Below, one piece after another: positions 19,038 through 28,430 of a DNA stretch of 64,000 nucleotides. The position numbers and the translations under genes were made by a program. Under the pieces are notes generated by a model that saw only the letters and a program-made list of their open reading frames with translations, did not search any database and was not told the origin of the DNA. This stretch comes from Escherichia phage vB_EcoM_CRJP21: sequence record OQ708376.1. One strand, written 5' to 3'. The stretch's first letter is position 1. Each line of letters begins with the position of its first letter.

Positions 19038-19094
19038 TTGACAAACACATTCAGTACTGTATAATGCTTATCAAGGGGATGAACTTCTCATCCC
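19038..19094 (+). promoter_or_regulatory. promoter TTGACA-N17-TGTATAAT followed by 5' stem-loop GGGATGA-N-TCATCCC
   Basis: consensus hexamers; hairpin just downstream of predicted start site. Confidence 0.6.
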
Positions 19095-19112
19095 TACAAT
19101 CGAGGAACTACC

Positions 19113-19667
19113 ATGATTACTTTTAAGAAAACTGCTAACCACATCCATGAAATCTACATTAACGGTCACAAAGCTGGCCTTCTTCGTTTACTCGCCCATC
19201 ACCCTGATGCTACCGTATCTGATAATGAACCTAAAGATTGGCGTGTCTTTTTCTTTGGAAAGTACAGTGATTTTCAAGTATCAAACCTGAAGAACATTCG
19301 TTCAGTATGCACGTTAAATGAAATTAAAGAAAAGTTAGCACAAGCATTGAAAACTAATCCAGATGGTGTTCTTCCACCTGATAACTTTGTAGAGAAAGGT
19401 TATGCCTTAGCTCATTTCAAAGATGGTACTATTCAATCTATCAGTACTGAATATGAATATCATTGGACTGAGTACTTCACTTATGGTTCGAGTAATACAT
19501 TGATGGATTCACGTAGTAAATTGGAAGAAGTACTGACTCGTATGAATGAACGCGAGCGTCAGTTATATGACAAACCAGAAATGTGGAGTTCAACTTACAT
19601 TGACCGTATTGACTATGTTATTATGACTCCAATCTTTGACACTGCTTACTATGATTCTTTGAAATAA
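19113..19667 (+). CDS. hypothetical protein (184 aa)
   Basis: GAGGAACT RBS. Confidence 0.55.
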   Translation: MITFKKTANHIHEIYINGHKAGLLRLLAHHPDATVSDNEPKDWRVFFFGKYSDFQVSNLKNIRSVCTLNEIKEKLAQALKTNPDGVLPPDNFVEKGYALAHFKDGTIQSISTEYEYHWTEYFTYGSSNTLMDSRSKLEEVLTRMNERERQLYDKPEMWSSTYIDRIDYVIMTPIFDTAYYDSLK

Positions 19668-19679
19668 GGATAACTTATA

Positions 19680-19856
19680 TGAAACTACGTACTCGTAATC
19701 GACTGATGGATGCACTGTACCATGAACAGCTTTCACTGAATGAAGTGAAGCGTCAGTTAATGTACACATATCAGTTTCCCGCTCGCATTGCAAAACAACG
19801 TGCTAAAGAATTGCTGAAAGAAGCAATCGAGTACTGGGAATCTGATTCGTACTAAT
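19680..19856 (+). CDS. hypothetical basic protein (58 aa)
   Basis: AAGGA N8 ATG; below ORF-track cutoff. Confidence 0.4.
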
Positions 19857-19894
19857 ATTACGTGATATGTCACGTTAATTAAGTGAGGCGATAA

Positions 19895-20146
19895 ATGAAA
19901 ATATTATTAGTTCTAATACTACTAATAGTTTTACCATTTACTTTAGTATCCCCTGGACTTGCATGGAATGTATTTGTGTACTTAGTATGTACTATTGTAG
20001 TAAATGGTATCTTGTTCTTAGTTCTATTCATAAATGGAATAGGACACGGTGGAGGATGGACCAGTACTGCTGATATTGTACATAAAACCACTATGTCTTT
20101 ATTTGTAATGTGGAATTTATTCTGGACTTGGTTTGTGTTCTTCTAA
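19895..20146 (+). CDS. small membrane protein (83 aa)
   Basis: GAGG RBS; hydrophobic helices. Confidence 0.5.
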   Translation: MKILLVLILLIVLPFTLVSPGLAWNVFVYLVCTIVVNGILFLVLFINGIGHGGGWTSTADIVHKTTMSLFVMWNLFWTWFVFF

Positions 20147-20154
20147 TTAAAAAT

Positions 20155-20526
20155 ATGAATATAGATTTGAAAGGTGCAACACGAACTGTTATCCTCGTTG
20201 GGGAATATGCTATCAAGATTCCAACCTTTAAAAGTTGGAAGCTATTCTTAACAGGGATGATAGCTAACCTCAATGAACGTTCGTGGATGCAGTACTCCAA
20301 TCGTAGTGATAGTAGTATCTGTCCTACGTTGTGGTCATCATGTACTGGACTAGTAACTGTACAGAAACGTTGTAAGCCAGTTCAACATAGGGGTTTATTT
20401 TGGGTGGAGTTGTGTGCTTTAGCATTGAATTCAGAGTTAAGTACTGACTTCTTCTATTCAGATGCGAAGCCAGAAAACTTTGGGTATCTGGGTGGTAAGT
20501 TAGTTAAACTTGATTATGGAGATTAA
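20155..20526 (+). CDS. small protein with protein-kinase-like catalytic motifs (AIK, D-x-KPEN, DYG)
   Basis: ORF track 20110-20526; motifs EYAIKIP, SDAKPENFGY, VKLDYGD; motif-level only. Confidence 0.4.
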   Translation: MNIDLKGATRTVILVGEYAIKIPTFKSWKLFLTGMIANLNERSWMQYSNRSDSSICPTLWSSCTGLVTVQKRCKPVQHRGLFWVELCALALNSELSTDFFYSDAKPENFGYLGGKLVKLDYGD

Positions 20527-20527
20527 T

Positions 20528-20797
20528 ATGTACGCACTGTATAATAAAGAAAAGAAACGATTTGCTAAGGTTGAAATTTCGATTGATACATTTGATATGT
20601 TGGAGTACTGTATTGTAACTGACCTATATGCTAACTTGTATTACGTTCTTGATGACGTATCAGTACTGCAACGATTGCTTGAGAATTCCAAAAGTCAATG
20701 CCAGGGCATCCATGATGGTTCATCTTATGAAACACCTGAGTGTTCCTACGGCTATCTGGACGGGTATGAGATTGTGAAGTTGGGGATCATTGAATAA
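20528..20797 (+). CDS. hypothetical protein (89 aa)
   Basis: ATG 20528 after GGAG. Confidence 0.45.
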   Translation: MYALYNKEKKRFAKVEISIDTFDMLEYCIVTDLYANLYYVLDDVSVLQRLLENSKSQCQGIHDGSSYETPECSYGYLDGYEIVKLGIIE

Positions 20798-20802
20798 AGA
20801 AA

Positions 20803-20836
20803 AGGGTTGACTTCGGTCAGCCCTTTTTGCTATAAT
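20803..20836 (+). terminator. bifunctional terminator/promoter element
   Basis: GGGTTGAC-TTCG-GTCAGCCC + T5; TTGACT-N18-TATAAT. Confidence 0.7.
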
Positions 20837-20864
20837 TATTTCATCAAGACGAGAGGATGAATAC

Positions 20865-21380
20865 ATGACACGCATTAACTTAGTACACGTTAAAGAACTT
20901 GCTGACCAACATCTGATGGCTGAATATCGTGAACTCCCACGTGTATTTGGTGCTGTACAAAAACACGTTCAAGCACGTAAGCGTGTACGTGATTTCAAAA
21001 TTAACAGTACTTATCTGTTAGGTTCAGGTCATGTGACATTCTTTTACGACAAGTTGCTGTACTTACAGAAGCGTCATATCGATATTGTTAACGAATGTTT
21101 GCGTCGTGGTATGAAGATTCAAAACACTGAAGTAAACGACATTAGCGGATTCCCTGCTGAGTTTTGTAATGACTACGTACCATCGGAGTCAGAGATTAAA
21201 ATGTCTCGTGACCGTTTGATTGAGAAGCTCCAGATGAAGCCTACGTGGTATAAGTTTACTGATGTTGAATGTCCACAGTACGTTAAAGATATGCAGAACG
21301 TAAGTAGTAAGAACGAATCTAGTACTGATATGTTCGACGAAATTGAAGAACAAATCAAAGATGAAATGAATAATTATTAA
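20865..21380 (+). CDS. denV: pyrimidine dimer DNA glycosylase (T4 endonuclease V homolog) with C-terminal extension
   Basis: N-terminus [34 protein letters not shown]...[10 protein letters not shown]...PTWYK closely matches T4 DenV as I recall it; AGAGGAT RBS. Confidence 0.85.
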   Translation: MTRINLVHVKELADQHLMAEYRELPRVFGAVQKHVQARKRVRDFKINSTYLLGSGHVTFFYDKLLYLQKRHIDIVNECLRRGMKIQNTEVNDISGFPAEFCNDYVPSESEIKMSRDRLIEKLQMKPTWYKFTDVECPQYVKDMQNVSSKNESSTDMFDEIEEQIKDEMNNY

Positions 21381-21385
21381 AGGAA

Positions 21386-21405
21386 AGGGTTGACTTCGGT
21401 TACAC
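21386..21405 (+). terminator. degenerate copy of terminator/promoter element
   Basis: GGGTTGACTTCGGTTAC, stem disrupted. Confidence 0.3.
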
Positions 21406-21418
21406 AAAGGAACATAAC

Positions 21419-21613
21419 ATGTTATTAGTATATTCAAAGCGTTTCTGGATTTCTTTTATTGTACTATCGCTAATCGGCTTCGGTTTGAGTATACTCTTTT
21501 CGTGGGATGAATTGGGCACATGGTATTATGAAGTCCCGTGGTACATGAAGATAGCTCCTTGTTATGCGGCATTGTTCGTGTCATTCCTTATTGTTGTCTT
21601 CAGCGAGGATTAG
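21419..21613 (+). CDS. small membrane protein (64 aa)
   Basis: AAGGAAC RBS; two hydrophobic helices. Confidence 0.5.
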   Translation: MLLVYSKRFWISFIVLSLIGFGLSILFSWDELGTWYYEVPWYMKIAPCYAALFVSFLIVVFSED

Positions 21614-21719
21614 TTGATGTAGTATGTGCTACACCAAAGTATTTGGATATTTTAGATATAAACATTGACACCTGTTCTATCTTTCTGTATTATGTACATC
21701 ACCAAATGAGGAATACAAC

Positions 21720-22079
21720 ATGGCATCTTTAAGTGAAATCGCAGAATACAACCCACTAACAATCTCAACAATTCAACGTACAAAAACTTTTTATTTCCGT
21801 CCTTCTGATGGATGGAAACGTGGAATGAATGGTGACTATCGAGTACTGGAAGATTCACTAATCGAGCGTATCAACTCTGAACTACAGAAGTATGAAGGTG
21901 TTAAAGTTGTGCGTTCAACTTCTCGTTATTTTGAGTACTACATTGAGTCTTCAACTGTAAATGAAAACTCATCATTCTCGGTGGACAACACTGATATTCT
22001 TCGTAATGCAGTTGGTCTGTTATGCAACATTGCAGAAGAAATGGGCTTAACTATTACTACTATGAGTGAATTAGAATAA
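21720..22079 (+). CDS. hypothetical protein (119 aa)
   Basis: GAGGAAT RBS. Confidence 0.55.
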   Translation: MASLSEIAEYNPLTISTIQRTKTFYFRPSDGWKRGMNGDYRVLEDSLIERINSELQKYEGVKVVRSTSRYFEYYIESSTVNENSSFSVDNTDILRNAVGLLCNIAEEMGLTITTMSELE

Positions 22080-22083
22080 CATA

Positions 22084-22118
22084 AAGGGTTGACTTCGGTC
22101 AGCCCTTTTTGCTATAAT
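22084..22118 (+). terminator. bifunctional terminator/promoter element
   Basis: GGGTTGAC-TTCG-GTCAGCCC + T5; TATAAT downstream. Confidence 0.7.
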
Positions 22119-22144
22119 ACTTTCATCAACAGAAGAGGTAACAC

Positions 22145-22375
22145 ATGAAACTATCTTTTATACGATTGGCTGAATTCTTTGGTACTGATGTAATTACTCT
22201 ACAACAAATAGCAGATAATACATCATTAACTACGCAAGAAGTACTTGACTTAGATGTAATTCAGTGCAATAATACTTCAATCGATTACAAAGAAGGTCTT
22301 GTCGAAAAAGATAAGATTCAGGCTAAGATTAATGGTGCTGGACGGGTTCAGTACTGGAAAGCTATATTAAGTTGA
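22145..22375 (+). CDS. hypothetical protein (76 aa)
   Basis: AGAGG RBS. Confidence 0.5.
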   Translation: MKLSFIRLAEFFGTDVITLQQIADNTSLTTQEVLDLDVIQCNNTSIDYKEGLVEKDKIQAKINGAGRVQYWKAILS

Positions 22376-22390
22376 ATTGGAGATTTGTAT

Positions 22391-24034
22391 ATGATTGGAA
22401 GTTTTTGTTTTATTGACAAAAAAAAACGTTCAAAACCTTATATTATTGCTGAAAAGGTAAGAAATATATTTTCTAATATAAAAGAAATAAATTGTGACTT
22501 TATTGGTTTTGATATTAACTCAATACTTGAATGGGAAGGGGAAAAAACATATATTTTATATGAAATAAATGGTATAACAAAAAAGATTAGATATGATATT
22601 CTAAGACAACATTCTAATAATGGTTCTTTTCCGAATAAAAAACATTTTAATTCTGAAGAATTAAAAAAATGTAGTAAAGAAAAAAAAATATTTGATTATG
22701 ATAAGTCAATGAGATTGTCATCTTATTATTCAACACCAAATATAATAACGGTTGGTGATAAAGATATATCATATTTTACTGCTCTTCAGTTAGAAGCTAT
22801 ATCTCCATATATGCATTTTAACTCTATCACACCCACTGAATATTCGAAAAAAATATTGAATAAGATAAAAGAGTTTAAAAATGTTGAAGTTATTTTTTAT
22901 GGATTTTATGTATCATACTATTCAGAATGGAATAACAAAAAAACAAAAATAGTAATATCTTTTAATGAATATGTTACCTATCATATGACAATTGATGATT
23001 TTTTATATAGTTTAGATAGTAATATAACAGATATTCCTCGTTTTAATTATAATAATGAAAATTTTATTTATCGTATGATGTTTTTTGGATATGCTAATAA
23101 TCATACTTTTGATTTATCAAATTTAAACATTAAAAATTCCAAATCAATAATTAGAAAAAAATGTAAAGTATGTAAAAGTACTGATGTAGTGAGTATTGCA
23201 CAACATATTAGGAATCCTAGTTGCTCTGTATGTTTTTATAATACTGAAAAATTTAATTATAATGAATATGAAGCATGTGAAGAAGTTGTTAATGAGTATA
23301 AGGGATTTCATTATATGAATCATGATAATATAAAATTCATTCCAATTGGATGTTCTTACACACCATTTGAATGGTATGAAATAATAAAATATAAGGGTGG
23401 TGATTCTTTTATTGGTTTTTATATTAACAGTTCTTCAGAGTTTGACGGTAATAAGACGAAAATTTTATTAGATATTAATGGGGTAATATTAACTCCAACA
23501 ATTCTCAATTTTCTTGAGAGATACGAAAATATGTATAAAGACCTAATAAATCCAACAATATCTTTGGAAATTATGTCTAATAATAAATACAAACCCTCGG
23601 TTGCACGTCACAAAAGAATCTTTAGTCAACCTATTTTAACATTAGGAGGGATTATTTCATCAAATGATTTATCATCATATGAAATGATAGTCGCATTGTT
23701 CCTAATCAAAAATAATATTGATTTTCATTTTCAATTCAGAACTGAAGAATCAATAGAATTTATGGGAAATAGAAGATATGATTTTTATGTACCAGATTAT
23801 AATCTAATCATTGAAGTTGATGGTGCACAGCATACAAACTATTGCCCAATATTTCATAGAAGTGAAGAGTGCTTACAAAAACAAATGGAAATTGATGAAA
23901 TAAAACTTGAATTTGCAAAAGAATCAGGATATAATTTTGCTCGCATTAACTATGATGAATCTATTGTTGATGAACTTATTAATGTGATTAAAAAAATATC
24001 ATCTGAAAATAATCAGATTATTAGAACTTATTAA
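22391..24034 (+). CDS. Asn/Lys-rich protein with C-terminal PD-(D/E)xK-like nuclease motif
   Basis: ORF track 22385-24034; C-terminal RRYDFYVPDYNLIIEVDGAQH resembles Vsr/DUF559-type fold; motif-level only. Confidence 0.45.
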   Translation: MIGSFCFIDKKKRSKPYIIAEKVRNIFSNIKEINCDFIGFDINSILEWEGEKTYILYEINGITKKIRYDILRQHSNNGSFPNKKHFNSEELKKCSKEKKIFDYDKSMRLSSYYSTPNIITVGDKDISYFTALQLEAISPYMHFNSITPTEYSKKILNKIKEFKNVEVIFYGFYVSYYSEWNNKKTKIVISFNEYVTYHMTIDDFLYSLDSNITDIPRFNYNNENFIYRMMFFGYANNHTFDLSNLNIKNSKSIIRKKCKVCKSTDVVSIAQHIRNPSCSVCFYNTEKFNYNEYEACEEVVNEYKGFHYMNHDNIKFIPIGCSYTPFEWYEIIKYKGGDSFIGFYINSSSEFDGNKTKILLDINGVILTPTILNFLERYENMYKDLINPTISLEIMSNNKYKPSVARHKRIFSQPILTLGGIISSNDLSSYEMIVALFLIKNNIDFHFQFRTEESIEFMGNRRYDFYVPDYNLIIEVDGAQHTNYCPIFHRSEECLQKQMEIDEIKLEFAKESGYNFARINYDESIVDELINVIKKISSENNQIIRTY

Positions 24035-24042
24035 TAATAAAA

Positions 24043-24076
24043 AGGGTTGACTTCGGTCGGCCCTTTTTGCTATAAT
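24043..24076 (+). terminator. bifunctional terminator/promoter element
   Basis: GGGTTGAC-TTCG-GTCGGCCC + T5; TATAAT downstream. Confidence 0.7.
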
Positions 24077-24104
24077 TATTTCATCAACTACAGAGGGTAA
24101 CGAA

Positions 24105-24878
24105 ATGAACCGTACAGAGAAAGCAATCCAAATCGAAAAGAACTTCAACTCCATGATGGCAGCACTGGAATGTCTTCTTGATACACAAACTAACTCTATC
24201 AACTCTCTGATCGTTTCTGGTAAGGGTGGTGTTGGTAAAACTTATAACGTTGACCAACGGTTGCAGAAAGCTGATGATAACTTTGAAATCGACTACAAGA
24301 AAATCAGTGGTAAAGTAACTACTTTGGGTCTGTATGAAGCACTGTATCGTTCACGTCATGCAGCATCTGTACTGTTACTTGATGACGTTGATATCTTCTC
24401 GGACGAGACTAATATTGATTTGCTTAAAGCTGTGTTGGATACGTCAGAGAAGCGTGTAGTTTCTTACGCGACTTCTGCTAAGTACTTGGAACAGCAGGGT
24501 ATCCCTAAGCAGTTTGAATTCCGTGGTAAAGTAATCTTTCTGACTAACAAAAACCTGTCACAGATTGCTAAAGGTAAAAGCAGCTTAGCACCACACATCG
24601 ATGCACTGATCACTCGTAGTATCTTTGTTGACCTGCAACTGTTCACCAACGAAGAAGTGATGATTCACATTGAGAACATCATGAACAAAACTAACATCCT
24701 TGAAAACAATGGTGTTAACAAAAATGGTTGTAAAGCAATCCTGAATTGGATGCTGAGCAATGAAGATCGTCTACGTAGTCCTTCACTGCGTATGCCAGTA
24801 CTGATCGCTGGTCTGTATAATAAATTCCCATACGATTGGGAGTCAATGGCAGAGAATATGTTCCTTGATAAAATTTAA
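24105..24878 (+). CDS. P-loop NTPase (Walker A SGKGGVGKT, Walker B-like LLLDDVD)
   Basis: GGGTAACG RBS; Walker motifs read directly. Confidence 0.55.
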   Translation: MNRTEKAIQIEKNFNSMMAALECLLDTQTNSINSLIVSGKGGVGKTYNVDQRLQKADDNFEIDYKKISGKVTTLGLYEALYRSRHAASVLLLDDVDIFSDETNIDLLKAVLDTSEKRVVSYATSAKYLEQQGIPKQFEFRGKVIFLTNKNLSQIAKGKSSLAPHIDALITRSIFVDLQLFTNEEVMIHIENIMNKTNILENNGVNKNGCKAILNWMLSNEDRLRSPSLRMPVLIAGLYNKFPYDWESMAENMFLDKI

Positions 24879-24887
24879 TTACATGCA

Positions 24888-24916
24888 TTGACAGTACTAA
24901 CAATGTGTAGTACTAT
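24888..24916 (+). promoter_or_regulatory. promoter TTGACA-N17-TACTAT
   Basis: consensus -35, near-consensus -10, ahead of membrane-protein array. Confidence 0.5.
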
Positions 24917-24945
24917 AACAAAAGTTTAATCACTGGAGACACCCA

Positions 24946-25287
24946 ATGCGTGAGTTTTTTGAATCTAATATAATGCTTGGTATTACACTGATATACATGT
25001 TTGTATTCTTGTTTTATCATTCAATTGTAATTAGTCTTTGGTATTTTAAAAGGAAAGTTGTTTTTAAATTGTATTCGTATGATAATGTATTCTTAGTTGT
25101 ATATAGCATTATACAAGGTGGGTTTATTTTATTTGGTGTGATGACATATGTGATTTACATGTTACAAATTGATAATACACCACACATTACACAATATGTT
25201 GTGTTTTCAGGACTAATCGTCTGGTTATTGGTGTGTACTATGTATTTTATTATTAAAGCTCGTGATAACTTTAAATGGGGATTCTAA
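24946..25287 (+). CDS. small membrane protein, paralog family (array B, 1 of 8)
   Basis: GGAGAC RBS; clear paralog of 25275-25625 (shared LIY-F-F-YH and WYFK-K-VFKLY segments). Confidence 0.6.
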   Translation: MREFFESNIMLGITLIYMFVFLFYHSIVISLWYFKRKVVFKLYSYDNVFLVVYSIIQGGFILFGVMTYVIYMLQIDNTPHITQYVVFSGLIVWLLVCTMYFIIKARDNFKWGF

Positions 25288-25625
25288 TGTTAGAATTTTT
25301 TAAATCAGATACAATGATTAGTATTACTTTGATTTATCTGTTTGGTTTTTTCTTTTATCATGCACTAGTTGTAGTACTATGGTATTTTAAAAAGAAAATT
25401 GTTTTTAAACTGTATCCAGTGAGGAATTCATCACTAGTTCTTTACACACTTGTTCAAGGTTTGTTTGCAATTGTTGGTCTTATGGCACACTTAATTTATT
25501 GTGCTAATCCTCACTTGAACTCAATCTCACAATATATTGTATTCTTTGGGTTGTTCATTTGGTTAGTTGCATACTTAATCCATCTCATTATTCATGGTAG
25601 AGATAAAATTCGCGGAGACTTCTAA
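25275..25625 (+). CDS. small membrane protein, paralog family (array B, 2 of 8)
   Basis: paralog of upstream gene; overlapping start. Confidence 0.6.
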   Translation: MGILMLEFFKSDTMISITLIYLFGFFFYHALVVVLWYFKKKIVFKLYPVRNSSLVLYTLVQGLFAIVGLMAHLIYCANPHLNSISQYIVFFGLFIWLVAYLIHLIIHGRDKIRGDF

Positions 25626-25972
25626 TGTTTGAAGCTTATCTTGAGTTTTTAAGGAGTAGTCCAGTTGCACATTCACTTGCAGGGATTATTCTAACAACTT
25701 ATGTATCATTTTGGTTAGTTATGTTTCTAGGATGGTATTTTAAACGACAATTCTATAAACGTAATGGTGAAGATTTTATGAATTCTGCCATTAATCAATC
25801 GTTGTTTGCATCAACATTGATTGCATGTATTGTAGCAACACTCACAGGAAAGGTACTACCAGCTTTTTCCGCAGTTTACGGCACACTTGGGATGATATGT
25901 TTAACTTTTATATTGACCATTAAAATTTGTTGTGTTATGATTGAACTTCGAAATAAGATACCGGAGGAATGA
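25625..25972 (+). CDS. small membrane protein, paralog family (array B, 3 of 8)
   Basis: ATGA overlap; WYFKRQFYKRN motif; tail RNKIPEE. Confidence 0.55.
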   Translation: MFEAYLEFLRSSPVAHSLAGIILTTYVSFWLVMFLGWYFKRQFYKRNGEDFMNSAINQSLFASTLIACIVATLTGKVLPAFSAVYGTLGMICLTFILTIKICCVMIELRNKIPEE

Positions 25973-26307
25973 TGGAGTACTTTATTGATTTACTGCCGTG
26001 GTATATGAAAGTTAGTACTTTGTACTATATTATTAGTGCTGGGTTCTACTTTCTGATGTGGTTCTTCAAACGACCAATTTCAGTATTCATCTCTGATAAC
26101 ATGCTGCAATTAAAATTACACGCATGGTTTGGTATGGCGATGATTATGCCAATTATTCACTACTCAATGATTAGTAGAGGTTTCCGTTCTAATGGTGAAC
26201 CAATTGTATTAGTATTCTATTGGGGTTCAACTATTGCATATGTAAGTTTGTTGTTGTTCCCAGTCGTTCATAAGTTACGTGCTAAAGTTCCTGATGCGAG
26301 GTACTAA
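25969..26307 (+). CDS. small membrane protein, paralog family (array B, 4 of 8)
   Basis: ATGA overlap; hydrophobic helices. Confidence 0.55.
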   Translation: MMEYFIDLLPWYMKVSTLYYIISAGFYFLMWFFKRPISVFISDNMLQLKLHAWFGMAMIMPIIHYSMISRGFRSNGEPIVLVFYWGSTIAYVSLLLFPVVHKLRAKVPDARY

Positions 26308-26621
26308 TGGATATAGTAACATTGATTTACACGTTGTATTCATTCTATTTCATTATGTGTTGGGTTGGATTTTTATTTGTACTCAAGATGTTTGATTATG
26401 TTGAAAAACAGATAAAAGAATTTTGTATTCCTTTTATCGGTTCAACCATTATTAGTGTTTCTTGTGTGTATTTTTTGGTTTTTGATCCACCAGATAACAC
26501 TGCAATGATTGACTTGATGTTACTACCAACAACTGTTACTTTTTTATGTAGTCTGATGCCGCCGATTAGCCGTGGACTAACAGAATTTAGACGCAATCAA
26601 AAGCGTAAACGAGGGATGTAA
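26307..26621 (+). CDS. small membrane protein, paralog family (array B, 5 of 8)
   Basis: overlapping start; basic C-terminal tail. Confidence 0.5.
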   Translation: MDIVTLIYTLYSFYFIMCWVGFLFVLKMFDYVEKQIKEFCIPFIGSTIISVSCVYFLVFDPPDNTAMIDLMLLPTTVTFLCSLMPPISRGLTEFRRNQKRKRGM

Positions 26622-26989
26622 TGGAAATTGCTCTTATTATCTTAACTGCTATGCTGTTTATTAGTACTGTGGTTATAATTGGTAAATTCTTTTGTGTATC
26701 ATTTTTAGAAACGGTATACGATGAAATTGCTGATGATTATGAATTACAAGCCGGATTTTTCATTACGTATTGGCTTAGTTTATTTTGTCTAGTCATTGCT
26801 TGGATTTTACATATCTTTAAATGGGGTATGGTAGACGGTGATCCTATTATGGCAATTATTGTTCTAGTGTTTGGTATCCTTGGTGGTGCAGTGCATAATC
26901 TAATGGTTATCTGGCAAACTGTTCAATATGTTTTGGTTCCCTATTTCGAAAAGATGCACAGTACAATTAAAAAACGTAAACGAGGTTAG
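26621..26989 (+). CDS. small membrane protein, paralog family (array B, 6 of 8)
   Basis: overlapping start; basic tail KKRKRG. Confidence 0.5.
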   Translation: MEIALIILTAMLFISTVVIIGKFFCVSFLETVYDEIADDYELQAGFFITYWLSLFCLVIAWILHIFKWGMVDGDPIMAIIVLVFGILGGAVHNLMVIWQTVQYVLVPYFEKMHSTIKKRKRG

Positions 26990-26990
26990 T

Positions 26991-27353
26991 ATGAACGGGA
27001 TAGAATTATCTTTCGTTGGTCAATTACTAGTAATGGCGTATACATTTATCTTCTCACTGAATGCATTCGTGTGCATTGGGAAGTACTTCCATAAGCGACC
27101 ATTATCAAATATATATGATGTAATCCAAAAGAGATATAGTCCAGCATATACTGTGTTGGGTACAGTATTCAATTTTGGTTTTATTGTATTAATAATTGGA
27201 CTGTTCACATCCTCTTTGAATACAATAACCTTTGGTCTTATGATATGTTCATTGGTATTAGCCGTAATTATATGTTGTTTAGTACTGCACCTTGTGGTAC
27301 TATTGTATATAAAGATCTCTGAAATCCACCAACGTTTGGGTATGAGGAAATAA
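26991..27353 (+). CDS. small membrane protein, paralog family (array B, 7 of 8)
   Basis: ORF track 26928-27353; ATG 26991 directly after upstream stop, CGAGG RBS. Confidence 0.5.
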   Translation: MNGIELSFVGQLLVMAYTFIFSLNAFVCIGKYFHKRPLSNIYDVIQKRYSPAYTVLGTVFNFGFIVLIIGLFTSSLNTITFGLMICSLVLAVIICCLVLHLVVLLYIKISEIHQRLGMRK

Positions 27354-27354
27354 T

Positions 27355-27726
27355 ATGAGTTACCGTGAGATATTTTCCATTATTTCAATTATTATGTTCA
27401 GTACTGGAACACTGGTATGGTTATTATACTTCTTCTGTATTAATCCAGTGTATAATATGTTATGTAATATTAAATCAAGTGCCGGATATATCACTTTTAT
27501 GGTCTTTATGGGATATTATTGTCTAAGCATTTTAGGTGTTGTTTTGGTTGTTATATTTGATGTGGGACCAAATAGTGATGGTATGGAAATACATGAATTA
27601 ATAACCATGTTTGGATGTATGATACCAACAGCACTACTGTTTGTAGCTACTGGTAGTGGATTGATAAAATTATATAATTATTTAAAATCCATTCATAATT
27701 CCATTCATAATAAGCGTATGTCATAA
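27355..27726 (+). CDS. small membrane protein, paralog family (array B, 8 of 8)
   Basis: ORF directly after upstream stop. Confidence 0.5.
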   Translation: MSYREIFSIISIIMFSTGTLVWLLYFFCINPVYNMLCNIKSSAGYITFMVFMGYYCLSILGVVLVVIFDVGPNSDGMEIHELITMFGCMIPTALLFVATGSGLIKLYNYLKSIHNSIHNKRMS

Positions 27727-27767
27727 TAAAAATCCAGTACTATTAAGTACTGGATGTATAAGGAGTT

Positions 27768-28430
27768 ATGATGAAATCAAAATTAGGTTTGTTTTATAAA
27801 AATTATTTTGTTAAACAACGTAAATTTATAAAAAAATATTTCTCTGGAGAGAAGTCTAGTCCTATAATCTTTAAAAGACCAAGTTATAATACTTACTTAG
27901 CTGGTGCTAAACAGTCTAAGAAATTTATTACTCTTTTACATAAAAACAACATTAAAGCTTCTTATGTTGAAACGAGAAGAAACTCATCAATAACTCCGGG
28001 TGATTTTATTGAGTACGGATGTTTCAATATTAAGTACAATGATAATACATACTTTATGGATATTGATTGTAATACATCCAATCTTTTTAACATTGTAGTA
28101 AATCCATTAAAACAATATAATGTTTATGGTGATTCTATTATCAAATTAATCAAAAACAAAGATGGCTTTGATTTTGAAATAAATGTTTTAGATGATAATT
28201 TTGACGAAGTACCCGTAAACCCTGAAATCTGTGATATTTTAAACAGTTTAAAAGGTAGTACCTACAATATATCATCTGATTTAATGTTTCAGTACTCATT
28301 AATCCATAAAGATATTGAAAAGTATATTGAATGCTCCAGAATTTTGAATTTTCTCTATGATGAATTTAAAAAGAGTTCTAAAATAACTGCATACACTTTG
28401 TACAATATTCCTAAAATGGTGAATCTTTGA
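27768..28430 (+). CDS. hypothetical protein (220 aa)
   Basis: AAGGAG RBS; converges with minus-strand array. Confidence 0.55.
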   Translation: MMKSKLGLFYKNYFVKQRKFIKKYFSGEKSSPIIFKRPSYNTYLAGAKQSKKFITLLHKNNIKASYVETRRNSSITPGDFIEYGCFNIKYNDNTYFMDIDCNTSNLFNIVVNPLKQYNVYGDSIIKLIKNKDGFDFEINVLDDNFDEVPVNPEICDILNSLKGSTYNISSDLMFQYSLIHKDIEKYIECSRILNFLYDEFKKSSKITAYTLYNIPKMVNL

